33,176 nucleotides of DNA from Desulfuromonadales bacterium (GCA_041592975.1 JBFHOZ010000002.1:1-33176), one strand, 5' to 3'. Positions 19,290-28,730 are shown, numbered from the stretch's first letter. Program-made: numbers and translations. The notes: generated by a model from the letters alone, not told the origin.

Positions 19290-19808
19290 ATAGCCAGGGA
19301 AGAGTCGACGAGGATCAATCAGGATATCCGGGCACGTGAAGTCCGGGTGATTGATGATGCAGGTGAACAGCTCGGAATTCTGAGTATTACCGATGCCCTG
19401 AATGCGGCGGATGAAAAGGGGCTCGACCTGGTCGAGGTCTCGCCGAACGCGTCGCCGCCGGTCTGCCGGATCATGGATTACGGCAAGTACAAGTACCAGG
19501 CGCAGAAGAAAGCGGCCGAGGCCAAGAAGAAAACAGCCAAGGTCGAACTCAAGGAAGTCAAGCTCCGCCCCAAGACCGAGGAGCATGATTTCAATTTCAA
19601 GCTGAAAAACGCCAGGCGTTTCCTCGAGGCCGGCAACAAGGTCAAGGTCACGATCATGTTCCGCGGCCGCGAAGTGACCCATCCCGATTATGGGCGCCGT
19701 CAGCTCGAACGGATCGTCGAAGAGGTCAAGGACCTGGCGCAGGTCGAAATGATGCCGAAAATGGCGGGGCGGTTCATGACCATGGTTCTCGCCCCGATCA
19801 AGAAATAA
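19290..19808 (+). CDS. infC: Translation initiation factor IF-3, non-canonical ATA start
   Basis: The track ORF begins at an internal GTG (19347). In-frame upstream codons give (I/M)[29 protein letters not shown], the conserved IF-3 N-terminal domain. ATA at 19290 lies 6 nt after AGGAGG (19278-19283). The resulting 172 aa fits IF-3. Confidence 0.85.
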   Translation: MAREESTRINQDIRAREVRVIDDAGEQLGILSITDALNAADEKGLDLVEVSPNASPPVCRIMDYGKYKYQAQKKAAEAKKKTAKVELKEVKLRPKTEEHDFNFKLKNARRFLEAGNKVKVTIMFRGREVTHPDYGRRQLERIVEEVKDLAQVEMMPKMAGRFMTMVLAPIKK

Positions 19809-19828
19809 CAGGAAGCAAGGAGAGGGTT

Positions 19829-20026
19829 ATGCCCAAGATCAAGACATGCCGCGGTGCGGCCAAACGATTTCGTAAGACCGGAAGTGGCAAGATCCGCCGC
19901 AACAAGGCGTACACCAGCCACATCCTGACCAAGAAAACAACCAAGCGTAAGCGGGATCTGCGCCAGGCGACCCTGGTCGATCCTGCCGACGCCAGGAACA
20001 TCGCCAGCCTCATCCCCTACATGTAA
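19829..20026 (+). CDS. rpmI: 50S ribosomal protein L35
   Basis: [33 protein letters not shown]..., 65 aa, with an AAGGAG SD. Confidence 0.95.
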   Translation: MPKIKTCRGAAKRFRKTGSGKIRRNKAYTSHILTKKTTKRKRDLRQATLVDPADARNIASLIPYM

Positions 20027-20135
20027 CAGGGCGGGGCGCATCTGGGTGGGCACCGAGAATTGCGGGGCAATGTCTCCCCCTGCAAATCCGGTTACGGAAG
20101 CCCATCGCTTTTAACAGGGTCACAAGGAGTACGTT

Positions 20136-20492
20136 ATGCCAAGAGTCAAAAGAGGTTTCAAAGCGAGACGACGCAGAAACAAGGTGCTGAAACTTGCAAA
20201 AGGGTATCGCGGCGCGCGCGGCAAACTGTTTCGGAGTGCTACCGAGGCGGTTGATCGTGCTCTGAAATACTCGTTCCGCGACCGGAAGGTCCGCAAGCGG
20301 GATTTCCGGGCGCTCTGGATTGTCCGCATCAATGCTGCGTCGCGTGAAAACGGGCTGTCCTACAGCCGCCTGGTCCACGGCCTGAAAAAGGCCGAGATCG
20401 GACTGGACCGCAAGGTCCTGGCGCAACTGGCCGTGTCCGAGCCGGCTGCCTTTAGCGCGATTGTCGACAAGGCCAAAGCGCAGCTTCAGTAA
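20136..20492 (+). CDS. rplT: 50S ribosomal protein L20
   Basis: [33 protein letters not shown]..., 118 aa, with an AAGGAG SD (20124-20129). Confidence 0.97.
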   Translation: MPRVKRGFKARRRRNKVLKLAKGYRGARGKLFRSATEAVDRALKYSFRDRKVRKRDFRALWIVRINAASRENGLSYSRLVHGLKKAEIGLDRKVLAQLAVSEPAAFSAIVDKAKAQLQ

Positions 20493-20504
20493 GAGCGAAA
20501 AAAA

Positions 20505-20536
20505 GATGAGGCTGTAGCGGCCTCATCTTTTTTTTT
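20505..20536 (+). terminator. Intrinsic terminator after rplT
   Basis: GATGAGGC (20505-20512), a 7-nt loop, GCCTCATC (20520-20527), then T9 (20528-20536). An A-tract lies upstream. Confidence 0.8.
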
Positions 20537-20546
20537 GAACCAGACC

Positions 20547-20581
20547 GGAACGATGGGAGTTGCTCCCATCGTCCTTTTTTT
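20547..20581 (+). terminator. Second terminator-like hairpin plus T7 in the pheS leader (possible attenuator)
   Basis: GG-A-ACGATGGGAG (20547-20559), loop TTG, CTCCCATCGTCC (20563-20574), then T7 (20575-20581). It ends 25 nt before the pheS ATG. Confidence 0.6.
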
Positions 20582-20606
20582 CATTGCGCAGCATCAGGGT
20601 GAAATA

Positions 20607-21626
20607 ATGAAACAACGACTGGAACAATTGCTCGCCAGCGGCCGGGAGGCGATTTCCGTCTCCGGCGATGAAACTGCGCTGCAGGATGTCCGCGTCCGGC
20701 TGCTCGGCAAGAAGGGGGACCTGACCGCCATCATGAAGGGGATGGGTCAGCTGACCGCCGAGGAGCGGCCGGTGATCGGGGCGCTGGCCAACAGGGTCAA
20801 GGAGGAGCTCGAAGCGCTGATTGCCGATCGCCAGGTCGTCCTCAAGGGGGCGGCGGTCGAAAAGCGGCTCAGCAGCGAGTCGGTCGACGTCACGCTCCCC
20901 GGCCGGCGGTCGCGCAAGGGGTCGAAGCACCCGATCACCCTGGCCACCGAGGAGATATCGGCGATCTTCGCCTCCCTCGGTTTCGGTGTCGAGGAGGGGC
21001 CGGAGATCGAGAAGGATTTCTACAACTTCGAGGCGCTCAATATTCCCAAGGATCACCCGGCCAGGGACATGCAGGACACATTCTATATCGATGACGATAT
21101 CGTCTTGCGGACCCACACGTCGCCGGTACAGATCCGGACCATGCTCAAGTACGAGCCCCCGGTGCGGGTCATCGCTCCGGGAACGGTCTATCGTCGCGAT
21201 TCGGACCTGACCCACAGCCCGATGTTCCACCAGGTCGAGGGGTTCCTGGTCGATCGCGACGTCACCTTCGGCGACCTCAAGGGGATTCTCACCACCTTCG
21301 TCAATCGCTATTTCGGCGAGGGGATCGGGGTCCGTTTCCGCCCCTCCTTCTTCCCGTTCACCGAGCCGAGCGCCGAAGTCGACATGCAGTGCGTCATCTG
21401 CGGCGGCGGAGGCTGCCGGGTCTGCAAGCAGTCCGGATGGCTGGAAATCCTCGGCAGCGGCATGATCGACCCGGAGGTCTTCAGGTCGGTCAATTACGAC
21501 GCCGACAAGTACAGCGGTTTCGCTTTCGGCATGGGGATCGAACGGATCGCCATGCTCAAGTACGGGGTCAACGACCTGCGTCTCTTTTTTGAAAATGATG
21601 TGCGCTTTCTCGACCAGTTCGCTTGA
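20607..21626 (+). CDS. pheS: Phenylalanyl-tRNA synthetase alpha subunit
   Basis: ATG at 20607 (codon 25 of track ORF 20535..21626) gives MKQRLEQLLASGREAISVSGDETALQDVRVRLLGKKGDLT. This is colinear with the E. coli PheS N-terminus as I recall it. The upstream track codons lie inside the terminator hairpin. Confidence 0.92.
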   Translation: MKQRLEQLLASGREAISVSGDETALQDVRVRLLGKKGDLTAIMKGMGQLTAEERPVIGALANRVKEELEALIADRQVVLKGAAVEKRLSSESVDVTLPGRRSRKGSKHPITLATEEISAIFASLGFGVEEGPEIEKDFYNFEALNIPKDHPARDMQDTFYIDDDIVLRTHTSPVQIRTMLKYEPPVRVIAPGTVYRRDSDLTHSPMFHQVEGFLVDRDVTFGDLKGILTTFVNRYFGEGIGVRFRPSFFPFTEPSAEVDMQCVICGGGGCRVCKQSGWLEILGSGMIDPEVFRSVNYDADKYSGFAFGMGIERIAMLKYGVNDLRLFFENDVRFLDQFA

Positions 21627-21668
21627 TATTCAAGACCTTGCACGGTCATATCTCTAAAAGGCATTAAG

Positions 21669-24074
21669 ATGGTTGTCACCTATAATTGGCTCAAGGAATT
21701 CGTAGATTTCGATTTCTCTCCCGAGGAACTTTCACATCGCCTGACGATGGCCGGTCTGGAAGTCGATGCCATGGAGAAGCTCGGCGAGGGGCTGGAGTCG
21801 GTTGTTGTCGCCCGGCTGATCAGCGTCGAAAAGCACCCGGAGGCGGATCGCCTGACGGTCTGCCGGGTTGACGCCGGCGACGACGAGCGGCAGATCGTCT
21901 GCGGGGCGACCAACCACAAAGCCGGCGATTACGTCGCCCTGGCACAGGTCGGTACGGTTCTGCCGGGAGAGTTCAAGATCAAGAAATCGAAGATCAGGGG
22001 CGAGGTCTCCGAGGGGATGCTCTGCTCGGAAAAGGAACTCGGACTTTCCGAGGAGTCCGAAGGGATCATGATCCTGCCCGCGGGGCTGCGTGTCGGCCAG
22101 CCGGTCTTCGATGCGCTGGGGCTGGCCGATGTCCGCTACGAACTGGGACTGACGCCGAACCGCTCCGACTGTCTCAGTATTGTCGGCGTCGCCCGCGAGG
22201 TCGCAGCCATGGCCGGAAAGCCGCTGCAGATCCCGAACCCGGTCGTCGTCGAATCCGGCGCACCGATCGGCAATGACACCTCGGTCGAGATCCTCGATGC
22301 CGAGAAGGGTCCGCGCTACATGGCGCGCCTGATCAGGGGCGTCAAGATCGGTCCGTCACCGCAGTGGCTGGTGAAGAGACTGGAGTCGGTCGGTGTCCGC
22401 TCGATCAACAACGTCGTCGACGTGACCAATTACGTGATGATGGAGCTCGGTCATCCGCTGCATGCCTTCGACTTCAATCTTCTGCGCGGCGGGAAGATTG
22501 TTGTCCGCTGTCCCGGGGAAATGAATTTCACGACCCTCGACGACCAGGAGCACCGGCTCACCGATTCCGACCTGGCCATCTGCGACGCCGAAGGGCCGGT
22601 CGCCCTGGCCGGCATCATGGGCGGCCAGAACTCCGAGATCCAGCCCGAGACGACCGACGTGTTGCTCGAGAGCGCCTATTTCGACCCGCTGACAGTACGC
22701 CGCACCGGCAAGCGGCTCGGCATCCACACCGAGTCGTCGCACCGCTTCGAACGGGGCGCCGACATCAACATGGTGCCGGTCGCTCTCGACCGGGCCGCCG
22801 CGCTGATCGCTGAACTCGCCGCGGGGACGGTGTCGAAGGGGGCGATCGACGCCTACCCGAAGAAGGTGGCCGGCCGGCAGGTGGCGATCACCCTGGCGAA
22901 AACCAATGCCATCCTCGGTCTCGAACTCAGCCTGAAGAAGGTCACCGACCTGCTCGGCTCGATCGGGCTGGAGGTCTCTGCCGGCAAGGAGGCCGACACG
23001 CTCTCGGTCGGCATTCCGACGTTCCGACCCGACCTGGAACGGGAAATCGACCTCATCGAGGAGGTCGCCCGGCTGAACGGTTACGACAACATCCCGGTGA
23101 CCATGCCTGGCGGCGAGACGGTCGATCACCCGGTGCCGAAACACCAGGCAGTTGTCAGGCGGCTGCGCGACACGATGGTCGCCGAAGGCTTCTCCGAGGT
23201 CATCAACTACGCGTTCATATCGACGGCGGCCTACGACCGGATCAGTCTCGACAAGAACGACGGCCGGCGTACGAACGTCGCCATCAGGAACCCCCTGACC
23301 GAGGAGCAGTCGGTCATGAGGACCAGCCTGATTCCGAGCCTGCTCGACAATGTCGCGCGCAATCTCTCGTACCGCTGCCTCGATCTGTCGCTGTTCGAAC
23401 TGCGTCCGGTTTACCGGCCGATGCCGCAGGAAGAGCTCCCCTATGAGCCGACCTTCCTCTCCGGAGCCATGTGCGGTCGCCGCGAGCCGTTCGGCTGGAG
23501 CCAGGGCGGGGAACCGTGCGACTTCTACGACCTCAAGGGGGTCGTCGAGTCGCTGCTCGAATCGCTCCGTATCGGCGATATCAGGTGGGTGAACGCCTCC
23601 GGCGAACCCTATCTCCACCCCGGGAAATCCTGCGCGATTTTTGCCGGCGACACGCGGCTCGGCGTTCTGGGAGAGGTGCATCCCGTCGTCCTCGAGAATT
23701 TCGATATCGACGGACCGGTCTTCGTTTTCGACCTCGATGTCGAAATGATGATTGCCGCGGCCGGCGGCGGAATCGCCTTCCGGCCGATATCCCGATTCCC
23801 CGACGTCTACCGTGACAGCGCCTTTCTGCTCGATGACAGGGTCGCCGCCGCCGAGATTCTCGCGACGATCGCGCGGGCGCAGGCGAAGATGGTCGAAAGC
23901 GTGACCCTCTTCGACGTCTACCGCGGAAAAGGGGTGCCGGAAGGGAAGAAGAGCGTCGCTATCCGGGTTCAGTACCGCTCGAGCGAGCGGACCCTGACTG
24001 ACGATGAAATCAACAAGGCTCACGCGCGCATCGTCAGGGAGATGGAGAAACAGCTCGATGCGCAGCTAAGATAA
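21669..24074 (+). CDS. pheT: Phenylalanyl-tRNA synthetase beta subunit
   Basis: 801 aa. The N-terminus MVVTYNWLKEFVDF is followed by tRNA-binding, B3/4, B5 and FDX-ACB domains in order. Confidence 0.96.
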   Translation: MVVTYNWLKEFVDFDFSPEELSHRLTMAGLEVDAMEKLGEGLESVVVARLISVEKHPEADRLTVCRVDAGDDERQIVCGATNHKAGDYVALAQVGTVLPGEFKIKKSKIRGEVSEGMLCSEKELGLSEESEGIMILPAGLRVGQPVFDALGLADVRYELGLTPNRSDCLSIVGVAREVAAMAGKPLQIPNPVVVESGAPIGNDTSVEILDAEKGPRYMARLIRGVKIGPSPQWLVKRLESVGVRSINNVVDVTNYVMMELGHPLHAFDFNLLRGGKIVVRCPGEMNFTTLDDQEHRLTDSDLAICDAEGPVALAGIMGGQNSEIQPETTDVLLESAYFDPLTVRRTGKRLGIHTESSHRFERGADINMVPVALDRAAALIAELAAGTVSKGAIDAYPKKVAGRQVAITLAKTNAILGLELSLKKVTDLLGSIGLEVSAGKEADTLSVGIPTFRPDLEREIDLIEEVARLNGYDNIPVTMPGGETVDHPVPKHQAVVRRLRDTMVAEGFSEVINYAFISTAAYDRISLDKNDGRRTNVAIRNPLTEEQSVMRTSLIPSLLDNVARNLSYRCLDLSLFELRPVYRPMPQEELPYEPTFLSGAMCGRREPFGWSQGGEPCDFYDLKGVVESLLESLRIGDIRWVNASGEPYLHPGKSCAIFAGDTRLGVLGEVHPVVLENFDIDGPVFVFDLDVEMMIAAAGGGIAFRPISRFPDVYRDSAFLLDDRVAAAEILATIARAQAKMVESVTLFDVYRGKGVPEGKKSVAIRVQYRSSERTLTDDEINKAHARIVREMEKQLDAQLR

Positions 24075-24096
24075 TGTAGTAAAAAGAAAAAAACGG

Positions 24097-24125
24097 TTGA
24101 AGGTTATCATTTCCTGTGGTATAAA
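24097..24125 (+). promoter_or_regulatory. Sigma70-type promoter for ihfA (TTGAAG-17 nt-TATAAA; spacer ends in TGTGG)
   Basis: TTGAAG at 24097-24102 and TATAAA at 24120-24125. An A-rich tract (24081-24093) lies upstream. The promoter is 44 nt upstream of the ihfA ATG. Confidence 0.55.
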
Positions 24126-24168
24126 ACCGTGTAAATTCAATGGTCTTTGCGACTTCAGGAGGTGGGCT

Positions 24169-24450
24169 ATGACCAAAGCCGATCTGATTGAAAATGTTTA
24201 TCTCAAAACCGGTTTCTCCAAGAAGGAATCAGCGGACATCGTCGAGACCGTTTTTGACCTGATCAAGTCGACTCTTGAAGATGGCGAAAAGATCAAGATC
24301 GCCGGTTTCGGCAACTTCGTCGTCAAGGAGAAGGCGACCCGTCGCGGCCGCAATCCGCAGACCGGCGAAGAGATTGAGATCTCAGCCCGTAAAATCCTGA
24401 CCTTCAAACCGAGCCAGGTTCTCAAGAACGCCATCAACAATGGCCAATAA
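24169..24450 (+). CDS. ihfA: Integration host factor alpha subunit (HU/IHF family)
   Basis: ATG at 24169 follows AGGAGG (24157-24162). The product is MTKADLIENVYLKTGFSKKESADIVETVFD...GFGNFVVKEKATRRGRNPQTGEEIEISARKILTFKPSQVLK. It sits immediately after pheT, as in E. coli. The 5' end of the track ORF (24097) overlaps the promoter. Confidence 0.87.
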   Translation: MTKADLIENVYLKTGFSKKESADIVETVFDLIKSTLEDGEKIKIAGFGNFVVKEKATRRGRNPQTGEEIEISARKILTFKPSQVLKNAINNGQ

Positions 24451-24474
24451 CCATCGACCAGCCCCTGGCATGCG

Positions 24475-24897
24475 ATGGCTGTAGACATCCCCGACAAACT
24501 CTATTTCAAAATAGGTGAAGTGGCCGAACTCGCCGGTGTGAAGCCTCACGTGCTGCGCTACTGGGAATCAGAGTTCGGCTCTTTTCGTCCGGCCAAAAGC
24601 AAGAAGAACCAGAGACTCTACAAGCGCAAGGACATCGAGCTTGTCCTGCAGCTCAAGGAGCTTCTTCACGAACAGGGGTACACGATCGCCGGTGCCAGGA
24701 AGAAGCTCCGGGAGATTTCGCGCGGCGGTGGAAGCCTCGCCGCGCCTCCGGAAGATCTGTCCGGGGGCGATCCGGACAACCAGATGGCCCTGCCGCTGAT
24801 GTCCGGTTCCGACAGCCAGCTGCTCGACGAGATCCGCGACGACATTGTCCGCCTGAGGGATTCCCTGAAGAGAGACCCTGCCAAGAAGGTCAAGTGA
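24475..24897 (+). CDS. MerR-family transcriptional regulator
   Basis: 140 aa with the N-terminal w[29 protein letters not shown]. The C-terminus is low-complexity and has no metal-binding Cys pair. Confidence 0.82.
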   Translation: MAVDIPDKLYFKIGEVAELAGVKPHVLRYWESEFGSFRPAKSKKNQRLYKRKDIELVLQLKELLHEQGYTIAGARKKLREISRGGGSLAAPPEDLSGGDPDNQMALPLMSGSDSQLLDEIRDDIVRLRDSLKRDPAKKVK

Positions 24898-24907
24898 GAA
24901 AATCGTC

Positions 24908-25678
24908 TTGTTGATCCTGGTAACGAATGATGACGGTGTCCTGTCGCCGGGATTGACCGTACTCGCCGAAGCGCTTGCCGACGTCGGTCGTGTCGTGGTC
25001 GTGGCGCCCGACCGGGAGCGGAGCGCCATCGGGCACTCCCTGACCCTGCATGCGCCGCTGCGCGCCGAGGAGATCCGGCGCGATTTTTTCTCGATTTCCG
25101 GAACCCCGACCGATTGCGTCAATCTCGGCATCCACGGCCTGCTCGACGCCAGACCCGACATCGTCGTCTCCGGCATTAACCGTGGCGGCAACCTCGGCGA
25201 CGACATCACCTACTCGGGGACGGTTGCGGCGGCCATGGAGGCGACCCTGATGGACGTCCCCGCGTTTGCCATCTCCCTCGATTCAAGGAGGTTCGCCGCC
25301 GAGGATTTCAGGGAAGCCGCCGGTTTCGCTGCCTATCTGACACGGCTCATCAGCAAGCACGGCCTGCCGAACGACACCTTCCTCAATGTCAATGTCCCGG
25401 CCGGGGAGATCAGGGGGGTTCAGCTGACCCGCCAGGGGAAGCGCAACTACACCGAAACGGTCGAGGAGAAGATCGACCCGCGCGGCAAGAAGTATTACTG
25501 GATCGGCGGCGGCGAGCTCGGCTTCCACAACGTCGAGGGGACCGATTTTCACGCCGTTTCCGGCGGCTGCATCTCGGTGACTCCGCTGCACCTCGATCTG
25601 ACCAATTACCGCTCATTCGACACGCTGTCCGCCTGGGATATCGACGGCAACTTCCTGAAGGAAGATGCCGGCCGATGA
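24908..25678 (+). CDS. surE: 5'/3'-nucleotidase SurE (TTG start at 24908 or 24911)
   Basis: [15 protein letters not shown]-terminal motif and [23 protein letters not shown]. Confidence 0.92.
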   Translation: MLILVTNDDGVLSPGLTVLAEALADVGRVVVVAPDRERSAIGHSLTLHAPLRAEEIRRDFFSISGTPTDCVNLGIHGLLDARPDIVVSGINRGGNLGDDITYSGTVAAAMEATLMDVPAFAISLDSRRFAAEDFREAAGFAAYLTRLISKHGLPNDTFLNVNVPAGEIRGVQLTRQGKRNYTETVEEKIDPRGKKYYWIGGGELGFHNVEGTDFHAVSGGCISVTPLHLDLTNYRSFDTLSAWDIDGNFLKEDAGR

Positions 25679-26337
25679 TGAACGATTATGCTATCGCCAG
25701 GCGCCGAATGGTTGCCCAGCAGATTGTCGGCCGCGGGATCACCGACCCGCAGGTCGTCTCCGCCATGGAGGCGGTGCCGCGGCACCTTTTCGTCACTCCG
25801 GGACTCGAGGACCAGGCCTACAGCGACTACCCGCTGCCGATCGGCCACAAGCAGACCATCTCGCAGCCGTACATCGTCGCCTACATGACCGAGGCCCTGC
25901 AGCTCGACGGCAGCGAGCGCGTCCTGGAAATCGGCACCGGGTCCGGATACCAGGCTGCCGTGCTGGCGAAAATAGTTCGCCACGTCTACACCGTCGAGCG
26001 GATCTCCGACCTGGCGCGCACGGCCCGCAAGGCGCTCGACCGGGCCGGTTGCTACAACGTGCACATCAAGGTCGATGACGGCACCTGCGGCTGGCTGGAC
26101 CAGGCCCCGTTCGACGCCATCATCACCACCGCCGGGGCGCCCGAGGTCCCGGAGGCATTGAAAGCGCAGCTCGCCGAAAACGGGCGGCTGGTCATCCCGG
26201 TCGGCACCCAGGGTGCCCAGGTTCTCAAGCGGATCGTGCGGGTCGATGCAGAGCGCTTTTCGGAAGAATCACTGCTCGACTGCCGATTTGTCCCCCTGAT
26301 CGGCAAGCACGGCTGGTCGGAAGGGAACGCGCAATGA
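25675..26337 (+). CDS. pcm: Protein-L-isoaspartate O-methyltransferase
   Basis: 220 aa with [13 protein letters not shown] and the [19 protein letters not shown] motif. 4-nt overlap with surE. Confidence 0.93.
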   Translation: MMNDYAIARRRMVAQQIVGRGITDPQVVSAMEAVPRHLFVTPGLEDQAYSDYPLPIGHKQTISQPYIVAYMTEALQLDGSERVLEIGTGSGYQAAVLAKIVRHVYTVERISDLARTARKALDRAGCYNVHIKVDDGTCGWLDQAPFDAIITTAGAPEVPEALKAQLAENGRLVIPVGTQGAQVLKRIVRVDAERFSEESLLDCRFVPLIGKHGWSEGNAQ

Positions 26338-26927
26338 TCCTGCTGCGCCGTCTTTACGATTGGGTGCTGGGCTGGGCCGAGACCCCTTACGGGCCGCTGG
26401 CGCTGTTTCTCCTCGCTTTCTGCGAGGCGTCGTTCTTCCCGATACCGCCCGATGTCCTCCTGATCGCCCTGTCGCTATCCCTGCCGGCACAAGCGCTCTG
26501 GTACGCCTTTCTCTCGTCGCTCGGCTCCGTTCTCGGCGGCGTGGCGGGTTATCTTGTCGGCCTTTTTCTCTGGCAGTCGCTTTCGGGATACTTTTTCGAC
26601 TATATCCCCGGTTTTTCGCCGGATGTCTTCGCCAGGGTGCAGGGGTATTTCGATCAGTATGATTTTCTGGTCGTTTTCGCCGCCGGCTTTACCCCGATCC
26701 CCTACAAGGTGATCACCATCGGTGCCGGAGTGTTCGGCGTCAACTTTCCGGTTTTCGTTGTCGCCTCCGTCATCAGTCGCAGCGCCCGCTTTTTCATCGT
26801 CGCCGGGCTTCTGAAACGTTACGGGCTGCCGGTGCGGTCTTTTATCGAGCGTTATTTCAACTGGCTGGCCATCGCCTTTATGCTCCTGCTCATCGGCGGA
26901 TTTGCCGTGATCGGCCTGATCAGATGA
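26334..26927 (+). CDS. YqaA/DedA-superfamily (SNARE-associated-like) integral membrane protein
   Basis: 197 aa and multi-TM, with an N-terminal ...[22 protein letters not shown] motif typical of COG1238/YqaA. ATGA overlap with pcm. Confidence 0.78.
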   Translation: MILLRRLYDWVLGWAETPYGPLALFLLAFCEASFFPIPPDVLLIALSLSLPAQALWYAFLSSLGSVLGGVAGYLVGLFLWQSLSGYFFDYIPGFSPDVFARVQGYFDQYDFLVVFAAGFTPIPYKVITIGAGVFGVNFPVFVVASVISRSARFFIVAGLLKRYGLPVRSFIERYFNWLAIAFMLLLIGGFAVIGLIR

Positions 26928-26945
26928 TCCGCCGCACGGCGCATA

Positions 26946-26975
26946 TTGACTGTCGTTGCCAGTTTTCGTTAGAGT
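26946..26975 (+). promoter_or_regulatory. Candidate sigma70 promoter upstream of nlpD (TTGACT-18 nt-TAGAGT)
   Basis: Hexamer matches by eye, 20 nt upstream of the preferred nlpD ATG. The 18-nt spacer is suboptimal. Confidence 0.35.
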
Positions 26976-26994
26976 ATGGCGAAACCATCGGGAT

Positions 26995-27759
26995 ATGCCG
27001 TCAATGACACTCCGCCTGCTCACAACCGCTCTGCTCCTGACCGTACTGTCCGCCTGTGGTGCATCCCGGCAGGCCGGCATCTATCATACCGTCAAGAAAG
27101 GGCAGACGCTCTACACCATCAGCCGGGTCTACGAAGTGGACGAAATTTACCTTGCCCGGATCAATGGCATCGCCGACCCGACCGAGCTGCAGATCGGCGA
27201 GCAGATTTACATCCCCGGCGCGACCCAGGCGCGTCCGGTGCCGATAACGGTCAAGACCGCACCTGATCCGCCGCCTCCACCGCCGCCAATAGCCGCACGG
27301 GCACCGATCACCGCGGAGAAGAAACCCACGGTGAGCAGGCCCGCTCCGGTGGCGACGGAGCCGAAACCGGCATCGTCGTCTCCGCCCCCTTCGGGAACCG
27401 GGCGCTTCATCTGGCCGGTCAAGGGGACGATCGTCAAGAAGTTCGGGGTCGATTCGAGCAAGGGGCTGGAGATTGCCGTCGACAGCGGCACCCCGGTCGC
27501 CTCGGCCGCGGCCGGGAAGGTGATTTACAGCGGCTCGGGGATCGCCGGCTACGGCAACCTCGTGATTGTCCGTCACGACGATTCTTTCTTCACCGTCTAC
27601 GGCTACAACCAGAAAAACCTGGTCAATGCCGGCGCCTTCGTCAGCAAGGGAGAAAAGCTGGCCCTTTCCGGCAGACCGCCGTCCGGAGGCGGCAATCGCA
27701 TTTATTTTGAAATTCGCTATGGAAAAAAACCGGTAAATCCGTTAACTTATCTACCCTGA
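26995..27759 (+). CDS. nlpD: Lipoprotein NlpD (LysM domain plus degenerate LytM/M23 domain)
   Basis: Start at ATG 26995 (alternative 27004). The lipobox is LLTVLSAC. The LysM segment YHTVKKGQTLYTISRVY...IGEQIYIP spans ~27082-27216. A Pro-rich linker follows. The LytM domain runs from ~27406 and ends in RIYFEIRYGKKPVNPLTYLP, which closely resembles the E. coli NlpD tail. Confidence 0.85.
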   Translation: MPSMTLRLLTTALLLTVLSACGASRQAGIYHTVKKGQTLYTISRVYEVDEIYLARINGIADPTELQIGEQIYIPGATQARPVPITVKTAPDPPPPPPPIAARAPITAEKKPTVSRPAPVATEPKPASSSPPPSGTGRFIWPVKGTIVKKFGVDSSKGLEIAVDSGTPVASAAAGKVIYSGSGIAGYGNLVIVRHDDSFFTVYGYNQKNLVNAGAFVSKGEKLALSGRPPSGGGNRIYFEIRYGKKPVNPLTYLP

Positions 27760-27796
27760 CTTTTTAAGCGCACGACGAACCGGAAGGAATGGTGCC

Positions 27797-28711
27797 ATGA
27801 GCACTTCCGAAAACGACGAACTGATGGCCGAAAACGACGACAGCCAGGCCGCGACGAGGGAGGAAGAGGGGACGGACAGCCACTACGGCGACGCCATCAA
27901 GCTCTACCTCAAGGAGATCCAGAAAAGCACCCTGCTGACCGCCGAGGAGGAGAGGGAACTGGCCATCCTGATCGGCAAGGGGGACGAAGGGGCGCGGGCC
28001 AGGATGATCGAATCCAACCTGCGGCTTGTCGTCAAGATCGCCAAGCGCTACATGAACCGCGGCCTGCCGTTTCTCGACCTGATCGAGGAGGGGAACATGG
28101 GGCTCATCAAGGCGGTCGAGCGCTTCCAGATCAGCAAGGAGTGCCGCTTCTCCACCTACGCCACCTGGTGGATCCGCCAGTCGATCGAGCGGGCCCTGGT
28201 CAACCAGAGCCGCACGATCCGGCTGCCGGTGCATGTCTCCGACGACATCAACAAGTATCTCAAGATCGCCCGCGAGCTGGTCCACGAGCACAACCGGGAG
28301 CCGGAGCCGGAGGAGATTGCCGAAATCATGGAGGTCGAGCCGGCTTACATCAGGCGCCTGATGGTGCTGGTCAAGAAGACCTACTCGATCGAGCACCCGA
28401 TGGGCGAGAACAACGACTACACCCTGATCGACACCATCGAGGACGCGTCCGCCGTCGACCCCGAGAATCTCATCGAGGAGCTGAACAAGTTCGCGCACGT
28501 CTCCGAATGGCTCGACACGCTGGCCGAGAACGAAAAGGAGATTCTCGCGCTCCGCTTCGGACTCAACGACCGCGAACCGCAAACCCTTGACACCATCGGC
28601 CAGAAGTTCGGCGTCACCCGCGAGAGGATCCGGCAGATCGAAGCCAAAAGCATCGAGAAGCTGCGCAAGATGCTCGAGGATCGGCAGACGGAAATGGAGC
28701 GGATGGAGTGA
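27797..28711 (+). CDS. rpoS: Group-2 sigma factor, RpoS-like
   Basis: 304 aa. It contains [75 protein letters not shown] and TIRLPVH, nearly colinear with E. coli RpoS. It is too short for RpoD. It sits after nlpD, as in enterobacteria. Confidence 0.82.
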   Translation: MSTSENDELMAENDDSQAATREEEGTDSHYGDAIKLYLKEIQKSTLLTAEEERELAILIGKGDEGARARMIESNLRLVVKIAKRYMNRGLPFLDLIEEGNMGLIKAVERFQISKECRFSTYATWWIRQSIERALVNQSRTIRLPVHVSDDINKYLKIARELVHEHNREPEPEEIAEIMEVEPAYIRRLMVLVKKTYSIEHPMGENNDYTLIDTIEDASAVDPENLIEELNKFAHVSEWLDTLAENEKEILALRFGLNDREPQTLDTIGQKFGVTRERIRQIEAKSIEKLRKMLEDRQTEMERME

Positions 28712-28730
28712 GAGGCCGGAGAACGACGCA

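Noticed and set aside
20535-20606. Phe-containing leader peptide (MNQTGTMGVAPIVLFFIAQ...) for a PheM-style attenuator, or an N-terminal extension of PheS.
   Set aside because: The frame is continuous with pheS with no stop, so it is not a separate leader. The codons lie inside a terminator hairpin. The PheS N-terminus aligns from ATG 20607.
22356-24023. 555-aa minus-strand ORF antisense to pheT. Similar cases are 2644..3966, 5378..6724, 9588..10751, 10238..11443, 18125..19318, 27764..28915 and 29541..30998.
   Set aside because: All lie opposite well-supported genes and have shadow-frame composition. Long stop-free antisense frames are expected at this GC content.
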